64,000 nt of DNA from Flavobacteriales bacterium (GCA_025451235.1 JANWKT010000013.1:2260-66259), one strand, 5' to 3'; shown: positions 39,809 to 49,563, counted from the first letter of the stretch. Notes: a model not told the origin generated them from the sequence alone. Made by a program: numbers and translations.

Positions 39809-40606
39809 TCAATACTTTAAAGTAACGTAATAGCCCGACATACTTCTCAGGTTCATTACATTCCCATTTTCGAAAATTAAATATTGTCCTTTGATCCCGT
39901 GCAGCTTACCCTGAACCGTAGGTGATTTATCAAGGTTAGTGGAATTAATAACCGAAGGAGTAGAGATCAATGGATACTCAATTCGAACCACTTCATCTTC
40001 TTCGAGTACATACCCCCTTAATTCTTCGGGTAACTGGGCAGCCGCTTTTTTCTTTTCTGCTATCAGATCGGCATCCATTCTTACATCTTTGAGCATTTGT
40101 TGCCAGTTGGTTTTATCACTCAAGGTTTTTTTGAGCTCCACCTCTATCATTCCGGCCAATTTTCTATAAGGAACTTTGGCAAGGATAATGGCCTGCCATG
40201 CTCCCTGGTCTATCCAACGTGTTGGTATCTGTGTATCGCGGGTTACCCCCACTTTTACACCCCCCGATTCTGCCAGGTATATATAATGGGGTTTCACATG
40301 ATGGTGGTATTCCCATTGAGCATCACGGCCTTTTCCTAAATGTCCCTCACAAACCTCTGGACGTAAAATGCAATCGGAGTTTTCTGGAGATTCGCTGAAA
40401 CATTTAAAGCAAAACCCCTGCCCGAAAGCTTTCTTGGTGAGCTTTCCGCAATTGATACAGTTGATCCTGCCTGTAAAAAGGATCTGGATCTCGGAGCCGA
40501 TCAATTCATGCATGGCTACTTTATCGTCCTGCAATTGGAGATAGTATTGCACAGGAGCAACACCTACCGTATCCATTTTTTCAATATTACCTTCGAAGGA
40601 GGGCAT
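39809..40606 (-). CDS. DUF2797 domain protein
   Basis: CINCG...QGFCFKC, KVGVTR..QIPTRWIDQGA and GIKGQYLIF motifs. Confidence 0.9.
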   Translation of the reverse strand: MPSFEGNIEKMDTVGVAPVQYYLQLQDDKVAMHELIGSEIQILFTGRINCINCGKLTKKAFGQGFCFKCFSESPENSDCILRPEVCEGHLGKGRDAQWEYHHHVKPHYIYLAESGGVKVGVTRDTQIPTRWIDQGAWQAIILAKVPYRKLAGMIEVELKKTLSDKTNWQQMLKDVRMDADLIAEKKKAAAQLPEELRGYVLEEDEVVRIEYPLISTPSVINSTNLDKSPTVQGKLHGIKGQYLIFENGNVMNLRSMSGYYVTLKY

Positions 40607-40636
40607 AATTTGTTTTGTGTAAAGGTAAAAAAGAAA

Positions 40637-41023
40637 TCAGAATGAGTCTCCCTGGAATCCTGAAACATTCAACCTGAAGGTTTTTTCTCCAATTCCCTGG
40701 GCCATGATGTAAATAACATATAACCCGGCTTTCAGGGGCTTTTTGTCCTTATCGAATAAGTCCCAGGTAATAGATGTACGTCCTTGTTCTTTAACCAGCG
40801 CCCTAACAAGTTCAGATTGACTATCGTAAATAAAAATAGTACAGACGGAATCAGGTAGCTGACTCATATTTACCTCGGAACTTTTACCAACACGATAATA
40901 ATCTCTGGCCAGGAACACCTGAGGCTCAATGATAATTTTATCCAGGATATCTGCTCCCGAATTTTGTGCACATAAAAAACCTGGTGCTATCAAAAAAAGA
41001 AATATGGACAGTGTTTTTTTCAT
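40637..41023 (-). CDS. Small exported protein made of a single T9SS-CTD/FlgD-Ig-like domain (paralog 3)
   Basis: Signal peptide MKKTLSIF..LCAQ; LDKIIIEP, LP, IFIYD, ITWDL, AGLYVI and GIGEK motifs. Confidence 0.72.
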   Translation of the reverse strand: MKKTLSIFLFLIAPGFLCAQNSGADILDKIIIEPQVFLARDYYRVGKSSEVNMSQLPDSVCTIFIYDSQSELVRALVKEQGRTSITWDLFDKDKKPLKAGLYVIYIMAQGIGEKTFRLNVSGFQGDSF

Positions 41024-41031
41024 TTTATGGA

Positions 41032-41469
41032 TCAAAAAGAACTCATGGTAAGGGGCATTACAACATAGATCTTTACTACTTTTTCTCCAATATCTTGCAC
41101 CAGTATGCTCACAAGATATAAGCCAGAAGAGATCTTTTCTTCTTTTTGGTTTTTGAAATCCCAAGTAACGGTACTTTCACCCCCTGTTTTTTTAAATTGT
41201 TTCACCAACACCCCGTTCAAAGTATAAATATCAATGGTGGTTGGGTTTGAAGGAAGGTTGAGAATGCTGAGCTCTTTCTCCTTGATGAGTTTGAAATCGT
41301 TAGCACTATAATACGGATTGGGCTCCACAGTTATTTTATCCATGATATGGATCCTATTCAAAAAAACAGAATCATTATGGTGGATGATGGAGTCAATGTT
41401 CTGTGCTGTTAAAAAAGAGAAATTCCCAAAGAATAAAAAGACTCCGATGATATAAAGGGGCTTGATCAT
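41032..41469 (-). CDS. Small exported protein made of a single T9SS-CTD/FlgD-Ig-like domain (paralog 2)
   Basis: MDKITVEPNPYY, NLPS, IDIYTLNGVLVKQF, VTWDF, SGLYLV and IGEK motifs. Confidence 0.78.
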   Translation of the reverse strand: MIKPLYIIGVFLFFGNFSFLTAQNIDSIIHHNDSVFLNRIHIMDKITVEPNPYYSANDFKLIKEKELSILNLPSNPTTIDIYTLNGVLVKQFKKTGGESTVTWDFKNQKEEKISSGLYLVSILVQDIGEKVVKIYVVMPLTMSSF

Positions 41470-41558
41470 AAAATAAAAATATAAGGTAAAAGCCAATCGC
41501 CCAAAGACTTTATATGCGATTTATCGGATGATGGAATTCTTAGAAACCAATTTTACTT

Positions 41559-41978
41559 TTAATCGGGCTTCTTCACGGGGTCCATAAGAACGGTGAGTTT
41601 GAATGACCTTTCCCCCAGGCCTTCTGTTTGAACGTGGATCATATATAAACCCGTATTGATGAGTACTCCTTTTTCGGTTTTCATATCCCAGGTGAGTGTA
41701 GTGGTCTTATCTGTTTTTTTGAACTCCTTCACGATACCTCCACTTAATGAGTAGATCCGAATGATGGTTGAACTTTCAGGAAGGTTATGAATGCCCAATT
41801 TCCCTTGATATACCGCTTCGTAATCAGGATGAAAATAATAATAAGGATTAGGCTCAATCCTGATCTTATCCATCACCTGGGTTCTAACCGTATCGGGTTC
41901 GTCAACCACCTGGGCCAATAAAAAAGAAGAATTGCCTAGCAATAAAAATAATCCAATAAGAAGAATGGGCCTCAGCAT
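41559..41978 (-). CDS. Small exported protein made of a single T9SS-CTD/FlgD-Ig-like domain (paralog 1)
   Basis: MDKIRIEPNPYY, NLPE, IRIYSLSGGIVKEF, LTWDM, TGLYMIHV and LGER motifs. Confidence 0.78.
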   Translation of the reverse strand: MLRPILLIGLFLLLGNSSFLLAQVVDEPDTVRTQVMDKIRIEPNPYYYFHPDYEAVYQGKLGIHNLPESSTIIRIYSLSGGIVKEFKKTDKTTTLTWDMKTEKGVLINTGLYMIHVQTEGLGERSFKLTVLMDPVKKPD

Positions 41979-42110
41979 ATGATAAAAATACGGGGAAACA
42001 GCCAATTCTCCAAGGGGTGATAAAATAAAAAAGCTGTCCAGTTGGTTCAAGACAGCTTTTCTATGTATATGAGTGTCCGCCTGGCTTCCACCGTTCAGAC
42101 TTGGGTGCTA

Positions 42111-42938
42111 CTAGCTTTGAATAAACAGCTTTTTGCTGATATGATAGGTATTGGTTTTGATATTCAATATATACATTCCGGCACCCATTAATTGCACGGG
42201 AAGGCTATAAGAATTTTGGAAATATACACGAGTTGAGCTGATCACTTTACCTGAAAGATCGACCAATTCAATGTTGGCATCTTCGTTGATCATTTCTGTG
42301 GTATTGAGTTGAATGCTTCCGGGTAAACAGGTAATATTCAATCCTATATTTTCTTCATTATTTACCGAAGAGGTAGAAGTGGATTGAAGAATAAAATCAT
42401 CAAAAGTAAATTGCATAGGAGCATTACCACCCAATGGATTTTCATAACCATAGATCTCAATGGTATGAGGACCCGCAGTTAGTTCGCCTAATTCAACTGT
42501 TTCCATCACATATTCTTCAGATTGATTTACTATAAAATGTGGAGTTATTGACCAAACAGCGATGCCATCGATATAAATTTTAATCATGCTTCCGGGATCT
42601 GTACTTTCCTTTATATAGCGCATGTAAAAATTCATTTTACCCACACCAGTATATGGCACATTGAATTCCTGAACCAATTGTGCTTCATATAACCCACCTG
42701 CATTTTGAGTTCCCCCTATATAGGCAAATTGAAGTCCGCTATGAGCTACAATATCATTTTTTTCAAAGAAAGGATCTGTTTGACTAACAATTACCGGACT
42801 TCCCGTATTTGTTTGTGAAAACCAAGCGATACTTTGCCAGTTGGTAGCTTCGAAATTACAGTTATTGATGTAAGAATTTTGTGATTGTAGGTTGGTTGTG
42901 ATAGCTAACACAACTAAAAGAGTAGAAATAATTCGCAT
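42111..42938 (-). CDS. T9SS type A sorting-domain protein with a CBM-like jelly-roll domain
   Basis: NCNFEA..W and FTFDDF motifs; CTD LVDLSGKVI...AGMYIL...KKLFI. Confidence 0.8.
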   Translation of the reverse strand: MRIISTLLVVLAITTNLQSQNSYINNCNFEATNWQSIAWFSQTNTGSPVIVSQTDPFFEKNDIVAHSGLQFAYIGGTQNAGGLYEAQLVQEFNVPYTGVGKMNFYMRYIKESTDPGSMIKIYIDGIAVWSITPHFIVNQSEEYVMETVELGELTAGPHTIEIYGYENPLGGNAPMQFTFDDFILQSTSTSSVNNEENIGLNITCLPGSIQLNTTEMINEDANIELVDLSGKVISSTRVYFQNSYSLPVQLMGAGMYILNIKTNTYHISKKLFIQS

Positions 42939-43061
42939 TGGTTTTAAAAATTTTGTGCAAAGGTTGGAGTAATAATTTCCAATAGCAACCTGAAACTAGA
43001 ATTGTATCCTTATGGATTAGTATCCAATCTACTAAATCGATATTAGGAGCTTTGTAAATGT

Positions 43062-43091
43062 AAAAAAGGCTACCTATCAGGTAGCCTTTTT
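43062..43091. terminator. Rho-independent terminator (bidirectional-type hairpin)
   Basis: aaaaaaggctacct-atc-aggtagcctttttt. Confidence 0.85.
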
Positions 43092-43112
43092 GAAGAATAT
43101 GAGTTGTATCAA

Positions 43113-43934
43113 TTATTCAATAACCACTTTCTTTGAGGTTCTTTCAGTTCCTTTATCAATAACTACAGTATATAAACCTGCACTTAAATCAGAAGTATTC
43201 ATAGAATAGGTTTCGTTTAAAACACTTGAGTATTTCTCAGTGGCTACTACTTTTCCCATCATATCAACTACGCTGATGTTAAGGTCATAGGTGTTACCGA
43301 AATTGAATACCAGGTTCAATTGGTTGTTGATATTATCAGCGTTTACTACAATCCCATTTTCGAAATCGTAATTAGTAAATCCAGATGAACCTCCAACGGT
43401 AATAGAAACATCGTCAATCAAGAAATTAGTTACAGCTGGAGAACCAGTTGTGCTGCTGTATAACTGTAAGGTATGCGAACCAGCCGATACAGTACCTAAG
43501 CTAAAGGTGAGCAGATCGTAAGTACCATAGTAGTTTGCTGCGGTATCAAGGTCAGTTTTTGACATGATTACATTACCGTCAAGTCGAACGATCATTGAAT
43601 CGGTACCACTTGCATTGCTAATAGCAATATTGTAGTTGAATTCAAGTGATCCAGCACCAGCTGTGGCCACATTAAAGGTTTGGGTAGCGACCCCTACCTC
43701 AGCACCGCCGGCAAAACCACCGAACCAGGTATACCAGGATCCGTTGGCTGGAGCACAAGGTCCACCGCAAGTTCCGCAAGCGGCATCACAAAGAGGTGTT
43801 CCAAAATTGGTAGATGATTCAACCCAGGCACTGCTTGGAGTTCCTGCTTCAAATCCACCATCAGTTAAAGCATTTTGAGCATTGATAAATGTCAAGCTGC
43901 CCATGAATAAAATAGCAAGTAAAGTTCTTTTCAT
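43113..43934 (-). CDS. T9SS type A sorting-domain protein, paralog of 42111-42938
   Basis: DGGFEAG, QTFNV, AGSHTL and FLIDDVS motifs; CTD VVDMMGKVV...AGLYTV...KKVVIE. Confidence 0.85.
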   Translation of the reverse strand: MKRTLLAILFMGSLTFINAQNALTDGGFEAGTPSSAWVESSTNFGTPLCDAACGTCGGPCAPANGSWYTWFGGFAGGAEVGVATQTFNVATAGAGSLEFNYNIAISNASGTDSMIVRLDGNVIMSKTDLDTAANYYGTYDLLTFSLGTVSAGSHTLQLYSSTTGSPAVTNFLIDDVSITVGGSSGFTNYDFENGIVVNADNINNQLNLVFNFGNTYDLNISVVDMMGKVVATEKYSSVLNETYSMNTSDLSAGLYTVVIDKGTERTSKKVVIE

Positions 43935-43959
43935 AATATATGTAGTTTAATTTATAGGT

Positions 43960-43967
43960 CAAATGTA
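43960..43967 (-). promoter_or_regulatory. Bacteroidota -7 promoter box
   Basis: TACATTTG on the minus strand, about 25 nt upstream of the ATG at 43934. Confidence 0.5.
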
Positions 43968-44027
43968 GTCAATTTACCTTTCATTTTTTAACATATTTTA
44001 TTAACTGTTAAACATTTAGCCGATTTG

Positions 44028-44882
44028 CTATCTGGGCTTGAGTTTTAGGCGGGATTTAGAGAAAATAAAGTTCAGAATAATACCCGATACTATGAGCAAC
44101 ATGCCGGCCAAACTGAGGACCGGATAAGTTTCCCTGAAAATAAAATAGCCGAGGGCCAAAGAAAAGATCATCCCTGCATATTGCAGGTTTACGATCCCAC
44201 TGGCTTTTTCCTTTTGCAGGGCAATGGTCATAAAAGTCTGACCCAATTGAGAAAATATACCTGACATGATAAGAAATATCCAGTCGGTAGTGGTGGGCAT
44301 TATAAAATCAAAGCAAGTTCCTATGAGGGCAACAGGCAGGGCTACCAGTGGAAAGTAAAAAACCACCACCATAGGATGTTCGGTGGTGGAGGTTTTTCTG
44401 ATCATATTATAAGCAAGACCTGAAAAGAAAGCTGAAGTGATCCCCATGCATAGATCAAAAACACTGAATCGAAGATCGAAACCTTTGATAAAAAATACAC
44501 CAATAAATGAGATCAGGAAAAAGAGATATTGCACAGGACTTGTTTTTTCCTTCACAATAAAGGTAGCCAGGATAATGGTAAAAATGGGAGATAAATATTG
44601 AATGGCTACAGCGCTTGCCATTGGAATTTTCTGGAGGGTATAGAAAAAAGCGGTGAGACTTATCATTCCAAATACTCCGCGAAGTACCAAGGCTTTTTTA
44701 TTGTTGCCCCAAATGGGTTGATGAATGAGCTTTAAATGAGTATAGCTTGCTACCAAACAAACTATACACCTGGCCAATACCACCTCCATTACCGGAAGAT
44801 GAAAGACAAATTTTACACATACATTCATCAGGGCATAAAAGAATGTAGCTAGTACAAGATATTGTGCCCCTTTCGATATCAT
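44028..44882 (-). CDS. DMT/EamA family transporter
   Basis: About 10 TM helices; LRGVFG and YLSPIFT motifs. Confidence 0.9.
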   Translation of the reverse strand: MISKGAQYLVLATFFYALMNVCVKFVFHLPVMEVVLARCIVCLVASYTHLKLIHQPIWGNNKKALVLRGVFGMISLTAFFYTLQKIPMASAVAIQYLSPIFTIILATFIVKEKTSPVQYLFFLISFIGVFFIKGFDLRFSVFDLCMGITSAFFSGLAYNMIRKTSTTEHPMVVVFYFPLVALPVALIGTCFDFIMPTTTDWIFLIMSGIFSQLGQTFMTIALQKEKASGIVNLQYAGMIFSLALGYFIFRETYPVLSLAGMLLIVSGIILNFIFSKSRLKLKPR

Positions 44883-44929
44883 TTAGAAATGGAAGATCAT
44901 AACAAGTTGATCACAAAATTGACAATGTT

Positions 44930-46843
44930 TTATTTCTTGGCTTTAATGGGTGCTACTGGTTTTTTCTTTCGGGCAGCTATTTTTTCTTTGATAAATTTAC
45001 CTCCTTCAAACAACCCGACCGCAATCACCAATGAATATAAAGGGAAAATAGGGGTCATATACCTGGGCCAATCCTGCCAGACAAAATCTACATTTCCGTA
45101 AAAGATGAGGAGGAAACTCAATAATAAAATCCCATACGAATAAAATTCTTTCTTTTCCTTCCATTGTTTCCAAGCCAGGATCAAACAGAAAACCAATCCG
45201 ATCACTGCAAAGAACCCATCCAGGAAGTTATATTTTACTTTTACCAGACTTCCAAAAGTTCCATAATAACGATCGGGAGTTTGGGGATCCACTACTGCAA
45301 TTCTTTTTAACACAAGCTCGCAGGCTTTGGGCCAGCTATGTTTTACTTCCACCCAGTTCACGAATTTTGTATTCGGCTCAAAATCCGGATTTAATTTCTG
45401 GACCTCTTTTTCAAGTTTTTGGATGTCTTTTAAATACTTTGTCGACTTTTCAATATGGAACTTATTTTCGTCTGCGCTGTTGCGCTGCATTTCTTCGTTA
45501 TACCTTTTACCAAAGTCACCTAGTTGAGTATAAATGCTCATCAATGCTTGTTGATTAGCCCCTGGCTGCTTGGAGATCAGAATGATCTCCTGGTTAACTG
45601 CTTTTAGCCGGTCGGTTATCTGGTTGCTGGTAAAGATCCGGGCTCTTCGGTCAAAATAATCATCAATGGAGCCACGCATCGCCGCAATTCTGCGCTGCGG
45701 TTGTTTTTGTACCTGAGGATTTAATTTAATAAAAAGCATGATCGAAATAACCCCTATCAGTACACCTGCAATTGCTGACTTAATAAATGGTGTAAATCTT
45801 TCCAGAGGTTTCAGGTTTTTTAGTTTCCATCCTTTCCATAGTGCAATAAGTCCGGAAATACCGAAAGTTAATCCCGCTATAAATACCATCATCCCTGCAT
45901 TCAATTTGCTGCTCAATGCAAAAGAGGTAATCAATCCAGTGCCAACAGCCCAGAGAATTATTTTCCACCACGGATCATTTTTTTGAATGGATTTAATGGT
46001 CCACATCATCAATAAAAAGGCAATGGCAGATAAACTTACTGCAAACGAATCCAACCCAACGATGCAATTAATAACAATGAATGTTTTATTAAGGGTTAAC
46101 CAGGTACCTGCAATAAACCCTACCCAGAAGTTAAAAAATAGCCAGCCGGTAATAAATACGGCGGCAATGGCAAGAATGGTCATGAATGCATTCGGCTGTC
46201 GGGCTAGTTTCTGATATTCTTCTGGTGCATACGAATAAGGGGCGCCTGAAGGCTTTAACGAAGGAACATGTTTTGTAGAACCTGAATCCGCCTCGCTACT
46301 TGGAACATAAAATGCGAAATAACCGTTTGGATTCGGTTTATTCTTGGCAAAGGTTTGTATCCACCATCCCATGATATATTTTCCAAAGTTCGGAGCCTTC
46401 CATCCAAAGGTCCATGTTGCTCTGTCGAACCATTGAAAATCCTTCCGTGGAAATCGAACGGTATCATATTGAATGGCCAGCATATATTGCTGCTTTTTAT
46501 TGTTAATCGTTACCTGGTCATATGGAAAATGGATGGTATCCGGATTGTATTGAAATGTTTTACTCATATAATTGATCATCGATGAATCACCTGTAAAAAC
46601 ATCCACCCCTTTTTGCCATGCATAGGTAGGGAACCAGTTGTCCAATTCTTTAGTGGGGCGAACATGACCCTTAAAAAACATATGATAGCTGGTGATCGAT
46701 GCGCTGGTCCACATTTGTTCGTCATATCCATTGGGCTTATTCGTTTCAGTAAATGGTATCCGTTGAAATGTACGAATCGATGCAATGATGATAATGGCAG
46801 CAAACATGCCTATATGTACATATTTATTCTGTAGGTATTTCAT
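44930..46843 (-). CDS. Membrane protein, probable GT-C (PMT-like) glycosyltransferase with a soluble coiled-coil insert
   Basis: GYDE after TM1, PNFGKYIMG, SSKLNA and WPRYMTP motifs; helical insert at about residues 400-495. Confidence 0.6.
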   Translation of the reverse strand: MKYLQNKYVHIGMFAAIIIIASIRTFQRIPFTETNKPNGYDEQMWTSASITSYHMFFKGHVRPTKELDNWFPTYAWQKGVDVFTGDSSMINYMSKTFQYNPDTIHFPYDQVTINNKKQQYMLAIQYDTVRFPRKDFQWFDRATWTFGWKAPNFGKYIMGWWIQTFAKNKPNPNGYFAFYVPSSEADSGSTKHVPSLKPSGAPYSYAPEEYQKLARQPNAFMTILAIAAVFITGWLFFNFWVGFIAGTWLTLNKTFIVINCIVGLDSFAVSLSAIAFLLMMWTIKSIQKNDPWWKIILWAVGTGLITSFALSSKLNAGMMVFIAGLTFGISGLIALWKGWKLKNLKPLERFTPFIKSAIAGVLIGVISIMLFIKLNPQVQKQPQRRIAAMRGSIDDYFDRRARIFTSNQITDRLKAVNQEIILISKQPGANQQALMSIYTQLGDFGKRYNEEMQRNSADENKFHIEKSTKYLKDIQKLEKEVQKLNPDFEPNTKFVNWVEVKHSWPKACELVLKRIAVVDPQTPDRYYGTFGSLVKVKYNFLDGFFAVIGLVFCLILAWKQWKEKKEFYSYGILLLSFLLIFYGNVDFVWQDWPRYMTPIFPLYSLVIAVGLFEGGKFIKEKIAARKKKPVAPIKAKK

Positions 46844-46902
46844 GAAGTGTAAATGTGATATTACAAAAATAAGATAATACTCTAAACCATGCAGTTTTTA
46901 TG

Positions 46903-46910
46903 TAATTTTG
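46903..46910 (+). promoter_or_regulatory. Bacteroidota -7 promoter box; near-leaderless transcript likely
   Basis: TAATTTTG 7 nt before the ATG at 46918. Confidence 0.55.
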
Positions 46911-46917
46911 CACCATA

Positions 46918-47838
46918 ATGTCGCCTGTTATTCAAATATCTGCTGTAATCTGTACCTATAACCGCGAAAAATACATTCGCCAGGCTTTGCAATCATTGGT
47001 TAACCAAACATTGCCCATGGAGAATTTTGAAGTGGTGGTAATCAATAATAACAGTACCGACCGTTCAGAGGAAGAAATATTGGCCTTCAGAAAGGATCAT
47101 CCGGAATTGAATTTTGTATATGTAACTGAAACCAATCAAGGTCTTTCATGGTCACGTAACCGGGGGATCAAGGAGTCAAAAGGCGAGCTCATTACTTTTT
47201 TAGATGATGATGCGGTGGCTACTGCCGACTTTCTAAAAAAATCAGTGGACTATGCTAAAAAATACCCGGATCTCATCGCTTTCGGAGGTAAGATCATTCC
47301 TCGTTTTGTAGATGGTAAGCCCAAGTGGTATGCAAAATATTATTGGGGACTTGCCGGTCAGTTCGATCTAGGCAATGAACCTCTTCAGATTTTATACAAA
47401 GGGAAATTCCCCTGTGGAAGTAATATGACCTTTCAGAGAAGTTTTTTTGATACATATGGATTATTCAATACCAACCTCGGCCGAAAAGGAGCTATTTTAT
47501 TGGCAGGGGAGGAGAAGGAATTATTTTCAAGGGTAAAGGCAGATGACAAGGATAAAGTAATGTATTTTCCCGACCTGGAGGTAGAACATTGTGTGGATAA
47601 TTCGAAACTGAATGCTGCTTATCTAAAAAGATTCTGCTACGGTTTTACTAAAGGGGAAAAGCTTGAAGTGGAAAAAGCCCCACTTGGTAAAAAAATAAGC
47701 CGTTATCTTGAATTTACGATAAAAGCCTATGGAGCTATGTTCCTGGGGAATCTCTATTTTTTTACGGGTCGCTTTTCCAAAGGCTGGATGCTGTTCCGCT
47801 TTGGATGGTGGGTGTTGGTAGGGATCTGGTTCAAGTAA
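46918..47838 (+). CDS. Glycosyltransferase family 2
   Basis: VICTYNR, NNNSTD, GLSWSRNRG, FLDDD and GEEKE motifs. Confidence 0.92.
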   Translation: MSPVIQISAVICTYNREKYIRQALQSLVNQTLPMENFEVVVINNNSTDRSEEEILAFRKDHPELNFVYVTETNQGLSWSRNRGIKESKGELITFLDDDAVATADFLKKSVDYAKKYPDLIAFGGKIIPRFVDGKPKWYAKYYWGLAGQFDLGNEPLQILYKGKFPCGSNMTFQRSFFDTYGLFNTNLGRKGAILLAGEEKELFSRVKADDKDKVMYFPDLEVEHCVDNSKLNAAYLKRFCYGFTKGEKLEVEKAPLGKKISRYLEFTIKAYGAMFLGNLYFFTGRFSKGWMLFRFGWWVLVGIWFK

Positions 47839-47927
47839 GTTCAAAGTTCAAGAGGTTCAAGGTTCAAAGAAAATAGTCCAGTTTCTTAGGTGAAACGTTG
47901 AACCTCTTGAACTTTGAACCTTGAACC
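47839..47927. repeat. Inverted arrays of GTTCAA(A/G) repeats forming a long hairpin between convergent genes
   Basis: gttcaaagttcaagaggttcaaggttcaa ... ttgaacctcttgaactttgaaccttgaac. Confidence 0.85.
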
Positions 47928-47947
47928 CGTGGGGCTCAGCGAAACAA

Positions 47948-49333
47948 TTATTTATATACTAATTGATAGTTAATCGAGAAGGGAACTTCCTTGTGGTTAT
48001 ACCTTGTTCCTTTTACCGAATGTATACAGGATGTAAGATAACTGATCAAGTCTTTTCTATCTTTATCACTTAAACGTTCATCTTCACAAATCACCTGATA
48101 ATCTGTGGGTGTTTTTACCTTCAGTACCCAGTTGATCTCCGGTGCAATCTTAAATAGCTTGGCAATTTTCCCATTGGGGGTTAATTGCATGCTAATGGTG
48201 GGCTTGTTAATGGTATGAGGAAAAACATCCACCGCCACTTCGGTAATTACCGCTCCAGTTTCTTCCTGGGTGATCAATACATCCTCCCGGTTCTTAATGA
48301 ATTCTGTTTTTATCACTTTCCCTTTGGAGTTGTAAGTAAACCAGGTTTCTACCTGTTCATCCAGCATATATTCTCCTTTTAAATGGATAATTCCATTTTC
48401 ATATTCTTCATAAGCCCCCATTAATTTCCCAAATTTATAATTGGCGACTTTTGCTTTTTTGCCTTGTGCATCCCACTCCAGGTATAATCCTTCGAACAAT
48501 TCTTTGCCATTGTCCCATCTTTCTTTTACAAAATATTGTTTGCGTAATGTGAGTGACCCATCATATTCACGACAGCTGCGTAGACCATCGTCAGATGATG
48601 ATTTAAAAAGGATCGTGCTGATCTTTCCATCCGGCAAGTAAAAAACGGTACTGTCGAAGTCCTGGAATCTATGTTTTGCTTCGGCCAACATACCCATTTC
48701 ATCGTATTTCTTCCAGATGCCAGTGGGTACATCATTCGTATATACCTCTATGTCGGAAACCTTATGATGGCAATTGATCCAACTGGTATCGTGCAATTGA
48801 CCAGCTTTATAAGTTCTTACGTTGATCAATGTTTGAACCGAATCAAATTCGTATTGACGGTAATGTCTTTTGCCATATTGATAATTATTAATTTCCTTGA
48901 TTACTTCTGGATTAGAAGGATTATAGATCCTCTCTATTCCATGTTTTTCGCCTTTGATGCTGAACGATTTTTTAGGGGTTGGATCAACATAATCTTTATG
49001 ATTGGTGCAACATTTCTCCCTAAAGTGTACTACTTTAATAAGTTTATTCCTCTCGTACCACATAGCTGAATCGATCAGATATTCGTCTTTTATGGTTCCC
49101 TTGAATATCATATCGGTCTCTTTGGTATTCCAGATCATGATCTCACCATTCAAAACTCCATTTTCGTTGATGGTGAATACTAAATCACGTTTAAAGGTTA
49201 CCTCAGAAAACGTATGATTGATACCGGCATTTACAGTAGCCGAAACAAATATAGCCTGTATACCCGGAGTGGATTTTTGGGCATAGAGGGAAAGGGATAG
49301 AGTTGATACGATCAATAAAAAAGTTTTTTTCAT
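47948..49333 (-). CDS. Exported MORN-variant (YwqK-like) repeat protein
   Basis: Signal peptide MKKTFLLIV; KHGIERIY, GIWKKYDEMG, YLPDGK, GLYLEWDAQGK and YNSKGK repeats. Confidence 0.78.
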   Translation of the reverse strand: MKKTFLLIVSTLSLSLYAQKSTPGIQAIFVSATVNAGINHTFSEVTFKRDLVFTINENGVLNGEIMIWNTKETDMIFKGTIKDEYLIDSAMWYERNKLIKVVHFREKCCTNHKDYVDPTPKKSFSIKGEKHGIERIYNPSNPEVIKEINNYQYGKRHYRQYEFDSVQTLINVRTYKAGQLHDTSWINCHHKVSDIEVYTNDVPTGIWKKYDEMGMLAEAKHRFQDFDSTVFYLPDGKISTILFKSSSDDGLRSCREYDGSLTLRKQYFVKERWDNGKELFEGLYLEWDAQGKKAKVANYKFGKLMGAYEEYENGIIHLKGEYMLDEQVETWFTYNSKGKVIKTEFIKNREDVLITQEETGAVITEVAVDVFPHTINKPTISMQLTPNGKIAKLFKIAPEINWVLKVKTPTDYQVICEDERLSDKDRKDLISYLTSCIHSVKGTRYNHKEVPFSINYQLVYK

Positions 49334-49425
49334 GGTATTGTGAATGATTAAGTAATCTAATGGGTCGAAAATATATAAAAATTGTTTTCCAGCTATTTTT
49401 AGTCGATAACTTAATACAAAAATCA

Positions 49426-49563
49426 AGCAGTCCCGACTGAAGTAAGTAGCCCACAGTCCCCGGATTTAGCAGCCGTTGGCAGTAAAAAGCGATTGAGAAT
49501 GAGCTCTTTTACTGTTTAGGCTGCTTATAACCGGGAACGAGGTCCGATAGCCATCGGACTGCT
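49426..49563. repeat. Multi-stem palindromic intergenic element (REP/MITE-like)
   Basis: AGCAGTCC...GGACTGCT ends; inner CCGG..AGCAGCC/GGCTGCT..CCGG and CAGTAAAA/TTTTACTG stems; GTCCGATAGCCATCGGAC palindrome. Confidence 0.65.
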
